Shown here: positions 1 through 10,749 of the stretch, one piece after another | Position numbering within the stretch: position 1 is the stretch's first letter | Layout of the letters: every line of letters begins with the position of its first letter | Assembly (NCBI GenBank): GCA_963713605.1 | Contig: CAVQMO010000012.1 | Coordinates: forward strand, 1 to 64,000 | Length of the DNA: 64,000 bases | From: an uncultured Nitrososphaerales archaeon | Lineage (GTDB): Archaea; Thermoproteota; Nitrososphaeria; Nitrososphaerales; Nitrososphaeraceae | Direction of reading: 5' to 3' | Notes under the pieces: model-generated | Told to the model about the DNA's origin: nothing | What the model saw: only the letters and a program-made list of their open reading frames with translations | Databases searched by the model: none | Program-made: the position numbers and the translations under genes

Positions 1-57
1 CGGCCAGGCCGAGGGTGAGCGGCCAGGGACGATCCCGAGCGCGGCTCGTCGGGCCAT
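1..57 (-). CDS. 5' end of the next high-GC gene (signal-peptide-like MARRAALGIV...)
   Basis: ATG at 55-57 overlaps the upstream TGA; basic then hydrophobic N-terminus; runs off the window. Confidence 0.35.
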   Translation of the reverse strand, partial: MARRAALGIVPGRSPSAWP

Positions 58-614
58 CAGCCGACCGTCACCTTCCGCGGGAAGGCCTGGACGAGGCCGG
101 GCCGCTCGGCGCGCAGCGTGAGCGTTCCCCGGCAGCCGGCGCGGTCACCGTCGGCGGTGCCGCCCGCATCGTCGACGGCGCCCGGCGCGACCTCGATGCC
201 CGCGACGGGCACGCCCGCGCCGTTCTCGTCGTAGCCGCGCACGGTGGCCCGGAAGGCGGCACCGGGCGCGACGGTCCGCGGCGCGGCGATCTCGAGCGTC
301 CGCTGGCAGGCATACGGCCGCGTCCTTCACGCACCAGAACCACAGCACCCTCTGGCCCGAGCGGAGCTTGTGCCCGGTTCCGAACGGACCGGACGGATCG
401 GCGGCGCCGGTGGAGCCGACGCGGCGGCCGACCTTGTAGACCCAGCCGTCGGCCCCCTGCGCCCGCTCGCCGGCGATTGAGCGCACGTAGAGCGAGCCGG
501 ACTCGGCGGGCCGCTTCGAGCACGCGCCGTAGTCCTTGAACGTGAGCGGCAGCTTCGTCGCCGCGAGCGCGGAGAGCGGGTGCGCGCGCCGGTCGCGCAG
601 CGCTTCCCGCGCAC
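57..614 (-). CDS. Partial hypothetical exported protein of a high-GC bacterium (5' end missing, frameshifted)
   Basis: Very GC-rich DNA. Joining frames gives ...PLSALAATKLPLTFKDYGACS...DGWVYKVGRRVGSTGAADPSGPFG...VLWFWC...TLRAERPGLVQAFPRKVTVG*. Its stop overlaps the next start (TGATG at 55-59). Confidence 0.55.
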
Positions 615-1457
615 ACCATCCCACTAAGCCGTGACATCTGCCGTATCGAAGCCTCCGTTCTAGTAATTATTCTTATGGTTATTTCGTCACCTACTTTCAT
701 ATTAGTTAATCCAGTGGTATTAGCGAAAACTGACTCTGAAACTTCATCATCATCGCCTATGCCTACTATAAGTACTATTCCAACTGCACCTTCAACAATC
801 GGTCAAGACGGCAAAGATGGCGACTTTACCACGCAAGCAGCTTTGGGTTCTCTGACCGCCAGACCCACAAATAATATTGTTAATACTAAGTCTTTCTATG
901 ATGTCGTATTTCTAACCGCCTTGACAGGTGCAATCAAGACGATTCAGGTTACATTTCCGGCTGGTACCACGGTACCCACTAGCGCTTTTTTTAATGAAGC
1001 AGAAGGTATAGGTCCAGGCACAGTTAGTAAATCCGGACAGACAATAACTTACAGTGACTAACGCTGTTTCAATACCAGCAGGTACAAAGATAAGACTTGA
1101 GTTTGCAAATATCAATAATCCAGTAAATCCCAGTACCTCGTATCAGGTAACAGTTACAACCAGAAATGCGCCAATGCTATCATAGATGGACCAACACAAT
1201 CTACAGCCTATACGATGAAGCAGATAGGCGTAAATGTTATTGCCAACAATGCCGTCACAGAGACCTTTTCAATCTCTGATCCGGCTGTAGCAAGTACCGC
1301 TGTAATAACTGTTAATATCGATGACCTTGGTTTCGATGCTCAATGTGAGGTTAGAGTAGTCAATCAAGGAGGGGGAGCGTTCAGTATGACATGCGGTTTT
1401 CCGCCACCTGATGGAAGTAAATTAAAATACACAGCAATTAATCTACCATTGTCTTGA
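615..1457 (+). CDS. Exported beta-sandwich/adhesin-like protein, paralogue 1 (5' truncated, frameshifted near 1050 and 1170)
   Basis: ORFs 675-1061 and 1215-1457 plus the intervening frame (VTNAVSIPAGTKIRLEFANINNP) align with the paralogues at 1712-2599 and 19277-20300; shared motif ARPTNNIVNTxSFYDxVF. Confidence 0.7.
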
Positions 1458-1568
1458 ATGCCGTCGCTTCACCATCTCACAACCACCCGCAATCTTTTAA
1501 CGTGTTTCTCGAAATCTATCATGAAACATACGGGTAAGACCTAAGAATATTTGGCTTTCTATCGTCTA

Positions 1569-1673
1569 TGCAGTTCTGACACTAATCACAATCAAATCTA
1601 TATACTAAACAATACTTTGAATCTCCGAGATGAAATCTATGACTAATATGGGTGACAAGAGTCTCGAACTGCA
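1569..1673. repeat. ~105 bp intergenic segment bounded by imperfect inverted repeats (possible MITE-like relic)
   Basis: Left end TGCAGTTCTGACACT (1569-1583); right end AGTCTCGAACTGCA (1660-1673), whose reverse complement is TGCAGTTCGAGACT. No clear target-site duplication. Confidence 0.3.
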
Positions 1674-1711
1674 GATAAGTTGGATTATCCAATCATAGCC
1701 TGCAGTAATGT

Positions 1712-2599
1712 ATGAAAGTAGGAAGCCAATCAATCCCGTCAAGTCCTAGGCTTGGTTTAACTTTGATTATTGTGCTTATGGTTATTTCGTCGCCTATTGT
1801 CATGCTGACTAATCCTGCTCTAATAGCAGCACCCTTATCAGCACCTTCAACGATAGGTCAAGATGGAAGTGATTTCACTACTCAAGCAACTATTTCTTCG
1901 CTTACCGCCAGACCAACAAACAACATTGTAAACACGAATTCCTTTTATGACATTGTTTTTCTAACAGCGACTGCAGGAACAATAAAAACGATACAGGTTA
2001 CATTCCCTGCAGATACCACAATACCAAGTGGTGCGTTCTTTAATGAAGCAGAGGGTATTGGCCATGGCAGTGTAAGTAAGTCTGGACAGACCATAACGTA
2101 TACTGTTACTAATGCTGTAAATGTACCGGCAGGAACAAAGATAAGACTAGAGTTTGCAAATATCAATAATCCGCTGAATCCCAGTCTAGCCTGAAGGTTA
2201 CAGTTACAACTAGAAATGCAAATAATGCATATAGATGGACCAACACAATCCACGGGTTATAACATAAAGCAGATAGGTGCTAATGCTATTGCTGATAACA
2301 GTATAACATCAACGAAGCCTGCTGAGAGTTTTATGAAGAGAGTCACTGTGAATGACAATGGTCCTGGACACGCCGTGGGATGGGATCCTGATGGTGTTAC
2401 AAATAATTTCCTAATAACCGAACCATCTGTAGGCTCTGCCGATGGAACTTTTGTAAGTGTTCGTCTAGATTTTGACTTAGGATGTGAAGCAACTAGTGCT
2501 TCCTCTGGGCAATTCTTTATGATTTGCGAGTTATCACCTTCAGAAGGTGATGTGCTGTATTATCTTGTTGAAAACCTGCCACCCCACGTGGTTTCCTGA
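1712..2599 (+). CDS. Exported beta-sandwich/adhesin-like protein, paralogue 2 (frameshifted near 2190-2220)
   Basis: Signal-peptide-like N-terminus, ARPTNNIVNT domain, IGANAIADNSITSTK linker, Cys-containing C-terminal domain. Confidence 0.75.
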
Positions 2600-2881
2600 T
2601 AATATTTCTCAGACTCATAGATTCACGTATCGAACTAGTGGATTCATGAGGGTAAATAAGAGACTCTGGATTTGTCTCTTCAAAATTTGGTGGTTGTATA
2701 ATCGAGTTAGTTGATGGTGGTTCGATTTTATCTCTCCTGCTATGGTTAATTGAGGAGGTTCTATCCTATATGCCAAACAACTATGCAGTCAAGATGGTTT
2801 TTGCAGAATCGGAGATTCCTTATTTTGGATTTGCCGCTTTGCTGCTTAAATAGAAGGCTTGGGTACAATGTGTGTTTTGTA

Positions 2882-3127
2882 ATGAAGACGATACCGAATC
2901 TCGATAAGCTCACTCATGCTGAGCGTATGAGGATTGCGATTCAACGCTCCATGACTTACAGGCGTCTGAATTATCCGGATGGTTATAGTATTATGTTGAT
3001 AAAAAACTTCATTAACCAACTTAGAATCGAAGGATTTACAGAAGAGGAGATTAAATATGCAATCAATAGGGCATACATGAAGAGAATGCTAAAATACGAA
3101 TGTATAGATCAATATCCTTCTCAATAA
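2882..3127 (+). CDS. Small hypothetical protein
   Basis: ORF 2750-3127; the likelier start is the ATG at 2882 (MKTIPNLDKL...). Confidence 0.45.
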   Translation: MKTIPNLDKLTHAERMRIAIQRSMTYRRLNYPDGYSIMLIKNFINQLRIEGFTEEEIKYAINRAYMKRMLKYECIDQYPSQ

Positions 3128-3727
3128 GGCTTTTCATTTCGATATCGCTGCAAATTTCTGGATTATGTTTTTCATGCTGAATATAGTTCTCACCTATCGA
3201 ATATAGTTCGCTAACTTAATGACCGTTCTTTTGCAAGCGGGGTTATTGTATAACTATGAATGGCGCTAGGGCTGAAACCACTTGAGAGTTAAAATTACTC
3301 GAATTATAATATTTTGAGTCAAGTTATAGGAGGAGGTTATTATTGACCTGAGGGTAAAATTCTGTGTTAGGAAATATCCGCAGGCCAGGAGCCGTAGTAT
3401 TAACCCATATAGATAGTTGTGCATTAAACTAAGGCGCTAACTAACGGAATCTAATATCAAACTGAATAGGCAAAAAAGACTCAAGGAATGACTTGAAATC
3501 GACTATGTAGATCAAGTGTTACTAGTTAGAAACAATCCTTGATCCATTTGGTTATGATGTGACCATAGCACGATAGTGGTCCATACTACCAGTAGCAACA
3601 AAGGGCATAAGCATATGCCAGCCACTTACAAGGAGCAGGTGGATTGCGAAGATGGAGTGTGACCTTAGCCCCAAGACACACAACGAATTCGTCTGCTGGA
3701 TACCTCTCTGCATGCAAAGGCAGACGC

Positions 3728-4401
3728 CTAAATAAATCGGAATGACTCTATTATTTTCTCTGCTATAGGTAGCATGTTAGGAACATTCAATGGCTGTGTA
3801 TTGAAGGACAGGCGATATAGTATGTTGTTATGGATAACATAGACATTAGATCCAAATCCATACTGTTCATTATTTACATTCCCTATCACGTCTAATCGCC
3901 AAGCATTGGTTTCATTCGAAATGATGACAGGACTGTCCTTGACATAATCGGATCTAAATTTGCCATTTGATGGCATATCAATCCTCGCATTAGTGTTTTT
4001 CTCCAAAGTTGCATAATCCATCGCAGTTGGCGTTAAAGTCTTCACCTCTAAAGGGACGAGGATCCAAAGTAAGACGATGGGTTAATAATGCTCGCATTCA
4101 CTATAAACCCTGTTCTCATCTCGCTTGTTTGTGGGATCCTGTTGGCTTCTTCGTTAGGGGGTGTTATATGAAGAAGTTGATTTAGAGTCAGGATATTTTG
4201 GCTGATTTGCCAATCTATAGGAAAATCAAAAGCAATGCCGTATGCCTTGTTGGTATAAGTTGTAAGCCCTGTGCTTTGGTTTGTTGTCAATGTTGCTGGA
4301 GGTATCTGCGTAGTTGGCGTTGCTAAAGACGGAAAAGATAAAGGTAATGCTAGTATTCCCCAGATCAACAACCCACCGAATATAATCCCCGTTACAATCA
4401 C
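3728..4401 (-). CDS. PsbP-like exported protein (one frameshift at ~4047)
   Basis: N-terminal TM/signal; motif TYTNKAYGIAFDFPIDW; C-terminal YRLSF...LPIAEKIIESFRF typical of PsbP/Mog1-fold proteins. Confidence 0.7.
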
Positions 4402-4566
4402 TAATATCCGAGACGCTGCTACTCTTGGGTAAACAAACTCCTGCAGAGCTTTTTAAGTGAAGTATTATGTAAACTTTCAGCCAAAAAGTTGTATATCTTG
4501 TTAAGCGCCGGATTAGTAGACGGACGGGCAAGCAGAAGAGATATGTAACTTAATTAGTGTGGTGAC

Positions 4567-5710
4567 TTAACTTTCTACAAAAAAGGTAATCGTTATAAAA
4601 CAAGTTGCGCTTTCCCCTGCTGCAAGTTGCCCTGTGCAACTACTGCTGTGACGTGGAATGGAATCCAATCCTGCTGGTTCTACATAGCCGAAATTGACCC
4701 CGTATGGCACATTTGCTACTATGGTGCCAGGTGTCCCTTCCGATGACCCAGGGAAAGACGTCAACAAGCAGCACCCATGGAATATTGCAACACTAACTTC
4801 TTCTGATGTTGGACAATCAAATCCTTGAGGGCATATTACGTTTACTATCACATTAAGTGTCGCCGTATCTGGCTCGGTGTTTAGAAAAATAACAATTTTC
4901 TGTCTCGCCAGTTTCTACAAAACCGACCACTGTGGGGGGATCATACGTCGTTAATTCGCAAGCGCCAGAGACCAATGGGAATCTGCCATTTTCTATCCCG
5001 CCATTATCCTCTGAAATCCTGTAACCGCTTTGACCGACGTTAACGTCCAGACACTCGCCGGGCATAAGTGAAAATTGAGGAGGAGATGGATTATCACCTA
5101 AAGTTACGCTAAACTGATAGATGCCTTCCGAGGAACCAGGATCCTTGCATACCTGTAAAATTCCGGTCGCTGAAGGGGGCCCTGGTGGTCCAGGTGGTCC
5201 AGGTGGTCCTTCCGGTCCTTGTTCTCCTTGAATTCCTTGCTGACCTTGAGGTCCTTGTGCTCCTTGAGGTCCAGCTTCACCCGTATCTCCTTTAGGTCCA
5301 ACTGGACCCTGAGGTCCAAGTAGTCCTTGCGGTCCTTGTGGCCCTGCTACCCCTTGTAGCCCTTGAGGTCCAGTTGCGCCTGCTGGTCCTGCCGGTCCTT
5401 GTTGACCTGCGGGACCAATATCACCAGTATCTCCCTTAGGTCCTGCAGGTCCCTGTTCTCCTGGAGGTCCTTGAGGACCAGGAGTTCCCCCACCGTTACC
5501 ATCATCATCAATATTTATCGTACATCGGTTACATATTATCTGTCCACGGTCATGCCCCTGTGAACTTATACCCTCTAATGGAATATCAGAAAGGTGCGAA
5601 CTAGAATAGGCAGATGCGAATAATTGTGGTATCGAGACATAGAATGCACTACCGCTCAAGAGTACTAGCGTCAAGAGAAATATTGAGCCGATCGTGAGGA
5701 GTAGCACCAA
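4567..5710 (-). CDS. Collagen triple-helix repeat surface protein with two C-terminal Ig/prealbumin-like domains (frameshift ~4860)
   Basis: Signal peptide, more than 30 Gly-X-Y triplets, then two similar Cys-bounded beta domains (...GACEL...GETENCYF; ...[17 protein letters not shown]). Confidence 0.8.
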
Positions 5711-5870
5711 TTATATCAAAATAGGAGTATGCCAAAACCATTTATTTCGATTAGGACAGATATTGATATCACTAATATCTTATTTATCTTCTATTTGTAG
5801 CATAGTAGTCTTCATTGATACCGCGATTCTGGCATTGACTGACTAGACTGGTTTTTAGGTACTTCAACTA
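5648..5870. repeat. Duplicated segment, copy 1 (leader and upstream region of collagen-like gene); copy 2 at ~14821-15040
   Basis: Contains a ~40 bp identical run CACTAATATCTTATTTATCTTCTATTTGTAGCATAGTAGT (5770-5809 and 14938-14977) with similar flanks. Confidence 0.85.
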
Positions 5871-6026
5871 AGTAATGATGATGAAGACGAGGAAGTTATT
5901 GTCGCTTGCCTGTCTCTCAGATAGACATGAGTATTGTTTACATAGTTTTGCTAGTGGTAGTGGCCGCCAATGCAACTGTCACCTTGGAAATCGATAATAG
6001 GGCCTAATTCTAGGTATTCATCAAGC

Positions 6027-6038
6027 GTTCTGGCACTA
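6027..6038 (+). repeat. Recurring intergenic motif GTTCTGGCACTA
   Basis: Exact second copy at 7719-7730; variants at 1573, 5826, 9380 and 14995. Confidence 0.6.
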
Positions 6039-6055
6039 AAAAACATAAAAAAGAG

Positions 6056-6097
6056 TCAGGGTGCGTCGACTAATTTGGCGCATTGTGCAAATACCTG
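6056..6097 (-). pseudogene. Orphan C-terminal fragment of a collagen-family protein (QVFAQCAKLVDAP*)
   Basis: Matches the end of the 6518-7602 gene ([11 protein letters not shown]) and is followed on the minus strand by a T-rich terminator-like run. Confidence 0.65.
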
Positions 6098-6105
6098 TTT
6101 ATCCC

Positions 6106-6340
6106 TTATTCCTCACAGCCAATGCCATCGTTATCTCCATCGAAGTTATGCAGATCAAGTCCAATTATTCTGAAGTTTCTTGCTGAAATGTCATCACAGT
6201 TCAACACGGGGGGCGGCGGTGGTATGCATACATCAGGATACAAAGGGCTCGCAGTTTCCGCTTGCGGGGCGAACCTCATTTGTTATTATACATGTCTTGG
6301 ATTCACCGAGAGAAATGCTGCCGCTACAGTCTGGCGACAA
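6106..6340 (-). pseudogene. Fragment: end of a prealbumin-like domain plus Excalibur-like Ca-binding domain
   Basis: Manual translation SPDCSGSISLGESKTCIITNEVRPASGNCEP/(shift)/YPDVCIPPPPPVLNCDDISARNFRIIGLDLHNFDGDNDGIGCEE*; DxDxDGxGCE motif. Not in the ORF track. Confidence 0.7.
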
Positions 6341-6517
6341 ATGTTAACCAAGTAGCATCCCAGTCTAGAAGGTATTTTTTACTTAAATCTGAACAAAAAA
6401 TAAAGGACGGAGGCGTTGGTTGTTCCGACGCAACGCGCTGCTGTATCATGGATTCGTACTGATTCAGCCCAAGTTTCACCTGCTGACGGAGATCCCTGTG
6501 GTCAGAGGATCGCCTTA

Positions 6518-7602
6518 TCATGGTACGTCAACTAATTGTGCGCATTCTGCAATTGGCTCTATACCCATTGACCCAGGACCAGGATTAAAAACAGCCACTT
6601 CCCACGTGTTATCGACAGTATTGGCTGTTCCATGGCTTGGGTTTATTAGGTTGCCGGAGTCAGCGTAAAAACCGCCACCTCCCGTAAGAACCTCGCCAGG
6701 GCCGCATTCAGCTCGAGGCATCACCGAATAGCCCTGGGGGCACGATCACAATTGGTCCGCGAACTTCTCTTACTTGCAATTCCTTATTCGGTCCGGGTGG
6801 ACCTTGTTCTCCTTGAATTCCTTGTATCCCTTGTATACCCTGAGGTCCTGGTGCTCCTGCTGCTCCTGCTGCTCCTGGTGCTCCTGCTGCTCCTGGTGCT
6901 CCTGCTGCTCCTGGTGCTCCTGGTGCTCCTGCTGCTCCTGGTGCTCCTGCTGCTCCTGCTGCTCCTGGTGCTCCTGCTGCTCCTGGTGCTCCTGGTGCTC
7001 CTGCTGCTCCTGGTGCTCCTGGTGCTCCTGGTGCTCCTGCTCGCTCCTGCTGGCTCCTGGTGCTCCTGCTGCTCCTGGGTCTCCTTCCGGTCCTTGTGCT
7101 CCTGCTGGTCCCGCCGGTCCTGGGGTTCCATCGTTACCTGGTGGTCCTTGAGCCCCTGCGGCACCTGTAGCACCTGCTGGTCCTGTACTCCGGCTGGTCC
7201 AGTGTCACCCGTATCTCCTTTAGGTCCAACTGGTCCACTTGCGCCTGCTGGTCCGGCTGGTCCTTGTTCGCCTGGATCCCCTTTATCGCCCTTAGGTCCT
7301 TGTTCTCCTTGTCCTTCAGCATTTGAGACTATTGGTATGGCAGTTGCTGAACCATCAGCCTGTGTCTGAGGACCGCTTGCTATGCAGTTAATCCCGGAGG
7401 ATCTACCTTCACCACACTCATTAACAAAAGATTGTGCCTGGCTATTAGAATAGGCATAGACTATGCTACCATTAGATAGTACCATAGATGATAACTGTAT
7501 TGTCGATACTGCTGCGACAAGTAGTATCATGATTACAGACTTAGATAGTGTCAGATTCTCTTTGGCTCTTTCATTATTATCTACCATGTTTTTTGACAAC
7601 AA
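6518..7602 (-). CDS. Collagen triple-helix repeat surface protein 2 (several frameshifts)
   Basis: Signal peptide, [11 protein letters not shown] leader, Gly-X-Y run including GAA/GAP repeats, C-terminal domain [15 protein letters not shown]...[11 protein letters not shown]...[10 protein letters not shown]. Confidence 0.8.
6847..7078. repeat. 9-bp tandem repeat (CCTGCTGCT / CCTGGTGCT) encoding Gly-Ala-Ala / Gly-Ala-Pro on the minus strand
   Basis: About 25 near-perfect units, with phase breaks near 7040-7060. Confidence 0.9.
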
Positions 7603-7713
7603 AAAGAGACGGCTAGTTAATTTATCTGGATTCTGGAGAATATGATTGCTACTTTAATCTGATTTATAATCAATAGTTTATATCAAAGAAGCCTAGACGC
7701 TGCCAGATTGTCT

Positions 7714-7730
7714 CTGCAGTTCTGGCACTA
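7714..7730 (+). repeat. Recurring intergenic motif CTGCAGTTCTGGCACTA, in an inverted repeat with TGCCAGA at 7701-7707
   Basis: Read directly: TGCCAGA-ttgtctctgcagt-TCTGGCA. Confidence 0.6.
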
Positions 7731-7922
7731 GTAATTAATAAAAGAAGGTGGAAAACTTCATTAGTACATCAGATACAGTGTTGTTGGCCTAGAGCGTCAT
7801 CGTTTAAACCGTTGGGGTCCTACATTGATCATCGAATGTCGCTGCCACGCAGTAAATCGTCGATAAACGAAGTTGTCCAACACTGACGGCCACCTACTAC
7901 CAACTGAAGAAGGGATAAATGA

Positions 7923-9066
7923 ATGGACCAGAAGGTCAAGGAAGGAAGGCTTATGTGGTATAGTAAATTGCTACCACAACAAGCAAATCACTCAATGTAA
8001 ATCTTCCTGAGAGAGATGGTCAAGTTGTTTCATCAATTTCAACAAATGTTACTAAACCCCAGGACATTGTAGTTCTTCTTTCCGATTTGATCCTGCGGAT
8101 TAATCAGGAGTATTCCGGACGGCCTGTTACAGAGTCAGAAGTACTATGTGTAGATAAACTAGTGAATTCGATTGTGCACGATAGCGTGATAGTTTCGCAT
8201 TTCAAGGATACCGGAAACTCTCTAGAGAATATCATAAACTTTTCTACCTTTAGAGATGAATTCAATGAAAAACTGTCTAAGGTATTACGGTACAATGAAG
8301 AATTGTATGTTAGTATCAAAAATAACGACAGTTGGAGAGAGAAATTACTCGAAACTATTGCACAGAAGATCAAAGAAAATATTAGTAAGACCGGTGAACT
8401 GGAACTTCCACTAATCTCAGTCTGATATTGCTGAAAACAAAGCATCATGTAGAAAAACATTTGAGTCATGTGAAGACTATATTTGGTTCGAGGATCGGTT
8501 TCTTAATATAGATTCACTTATTCTGCTGGAAAGAGTATTAGGAAATCTCAATGTAAAATCAGTTCGAATTCTTACTTCCCTAATACGAAATTATGGAATA
8601 AATGAGGAATTCCTGAATAAAATCAAGAGACTTTATGCGAATTTTACATGATAACGGTATTGCACTCGAAGTAAAAATAGTATCCTCAAGGGACTTGCAT
8701 AGAAAAATGCATGATAGGTACCTTATTGGAAGTAACACACTATGGAGTCTGCCTCCAACAGGTTCAGTATTAGAGGGACAAAGTAGTGCATTTAAGGAAT
8801 TCAGAGCCGGTACTGAAAACTATGAACAAGGATCAAAAGATTATGCAGATTGGTGGAATAACCCAGATGCCTTAGAAATTATGACAAAATGGAATGAAAT
8901 TAAGACTTTAACTGAACAATATGCTAAAAGGACTGATGATCAAAGGTATATAGTCTATTGCGCAATCTGTGGTGAGCAGACCAATATACCATTTCCACCA
9001 ACCCATGGCAAGAGTTATTATTGTCCTAAACATCTGAGGATATATCGAAATAGAAGACAGAAATAG
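7923..9066 (+). CDS. Protein with PLD-like (HDR-motif) domain and C-terminal CxxC-x17-CxxH zinc ribbon (frameshifted)
   Basis: Joined frames read ...CEDYIWFEDRFLNIDSLILL...VRILTS...LEVKIV...MHDRYLIG...LWSLPP..., then YCAICGEQTNIPFPPTHGKSYYCPKH. Confidence 0.55.
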
Positions 9067-9834
9067 GAAGAAACGCTTCCATAATCCATTTCTATTCATG
9101 AAGCTATGAATTCAGATGCTGCTACCGACTAGTCATTGTCAAAGGTGATAGTAAACTCCTGAATTGGCAGCTCCAAGTTCTATTTGACAGAACAGGGGAC
9201 CTTCTTCTGTAGAAGCACATTTAGGTATCTAGACCGAATGACTAACTTCATGACATTAGCTCTATCAAGTTGTTATTATGATGGAGACCATCTGTATATT
9301 TTCTAAAAAACAAATCGTATAGGTATATCCCAATGTTTTAAAGCCAATCTTTCTTGTATCTCTGGCTTGTAGCTCTTCAGTTTTGGCACTGAAGTTCATG
9401 ATTCGGATCTACCTACTACCCAGCCTAAGTCTAGTATGACAGCACCGACATACTATATCATGAGTCTCTACTCTAATCTGACACGTTTTACACATCGGCC
9501 CATACTTATAATTTGAATGAGGAGATCTTATCCTGTTATATAGTCTGCCACACATGCCTTTACAAAAGGTCATTATTGGTTAGTTTTACTTCACAGTGAT
9601 ATAATCATGTCGAGACAATATGCGTCACATTCATGACCATTTTTGGTTTATATCTGATAAGCCTCTCTCAACACCCAAGGCATCTTGTAGATAAATCAAG
9701 TATCTGTTGTATACTACTATCATAGTATTGATTATATCTACTATTTTGCAATAGCTCTAAAGTCTAGCCATTTGAGAATCTAAGTATTGACATACATTGT
9801 CAATATTGCCAGGAGGATTACCATTATCTCCATT

Positions 9835-10317
9835 TCAGTTCTCATCGTTTTGAATAGGAGGGACGTATACTAATGGCTCAGCTATTCCATCAACATCATC
9901 AGTAAAGTATCCTCCTCTTCCTTGTTGATCGCATATAGAAGATGGCTTATTTGCCATTTGTATAAGAGTATTTTTTACATCCGCTGCAGAAGCACTGGGA
10001 TTTGCTGCCTAAATCAAACCAGCTACTCCGGAAACATGTGCTGCAGACATACTTGTACCACTGACTGTTGCATATCCTCCTCCGACGTATGTGGACAAAA
10101 TGTCGACTCCAGGAGCAGCCAAAGATATTATAGACCCGTAATTACTAAAGCTCGCACAGTTTGGAGCGCCGCCTGAATTATCTGTATGACAGTCTATGGC
10201 TTGAGATTGAGCCTGACTGTTTGAATACTTTGCATCTACAGCGGGGCTAGGAATTAGTACTATTAAAAAGGCTAAAGAAGCATCAATTGCTGCATACAAT
10301 GTATTCATTGTCATCAT
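9835..10317 (-). pseudogene. Chimeric/truncated S8 subtilase: collagen-family leader fused to subtilase C-terminal part
   Basis: ASFSNYG...[11 protein letters not shown]...[16 protein letters not shown], then after a shift CDQQGRGGYFTDDVDGIAEPLVY, like the end of the 28660 subtilase. The catalytic Asp and His regions are absent. Confidence 0.75.
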
Positions 10318-10401
10318 TCTATTTTATTAACTCGCAACTATATTGGTTACTAGTGGATATTGGTGACAATAATTACCAAACAACAACAGAAAATAATAAC
10401 G

Positions 10402-10737
10402 ATGTCTGTTGTCATGATTGCATTTTTTGCGACTGCAATTCTAGCGACAGAACAACAGGTACAAGCAGAAGAAAGTACCGTTTTTCGGAGACTTAGGCAG
10501 GGGACTCGATGAGGCAGGGAATGATTATGGCAACGGCTATCAGAATGGATTGAATGCAGGAGTAAATGGCGGAGCAGCAGTTCATGTCCACGTCACGGAT
10601 TAGAATGGGTGGCATATTGTTTCGGGTATGATGGAGGATATGCTCGAGGTTCTAATTCTGCTAGTGATGTGCAACAAGTCCGAGGTAGCGACAACGACAA
10701 TGATGATGACGACGATGACGACCACGACAATAATTAG
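10402..10737 (+). CDS. Small exported Gly/Tyr/Cys protein with poly-Asp tail (frameshifted), paralogue of 10750-11061
   Basis: MSVVMIAFFATAILATEQQVQA...YCFGYDGGY...DNDNDDDDDDD; leader nearly identical to the downstream gene. Confidence 0.65.
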
Positions 10738-10749
10738 AGGCTGAAGAAA

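Noticed and set aside
15..700. Long overlapping Arg/Pro-rich ORFs (15-539, 68-700)
   Set aside because: Typical spurious frames of high-GC DNA; 68-700 also crosses the compositional junction.
6847..7078. Possible CRISPR array
   Set aside because: Contiguous 9-bp units with no unique spacers; no cas genes.
6752..7369. Poly-Leu/Val and Cys-Ser-Trp-rich ORFs on the + strand
   Set aside because: Shadow translations of the 9-bp collagen repeat on the minus strand.
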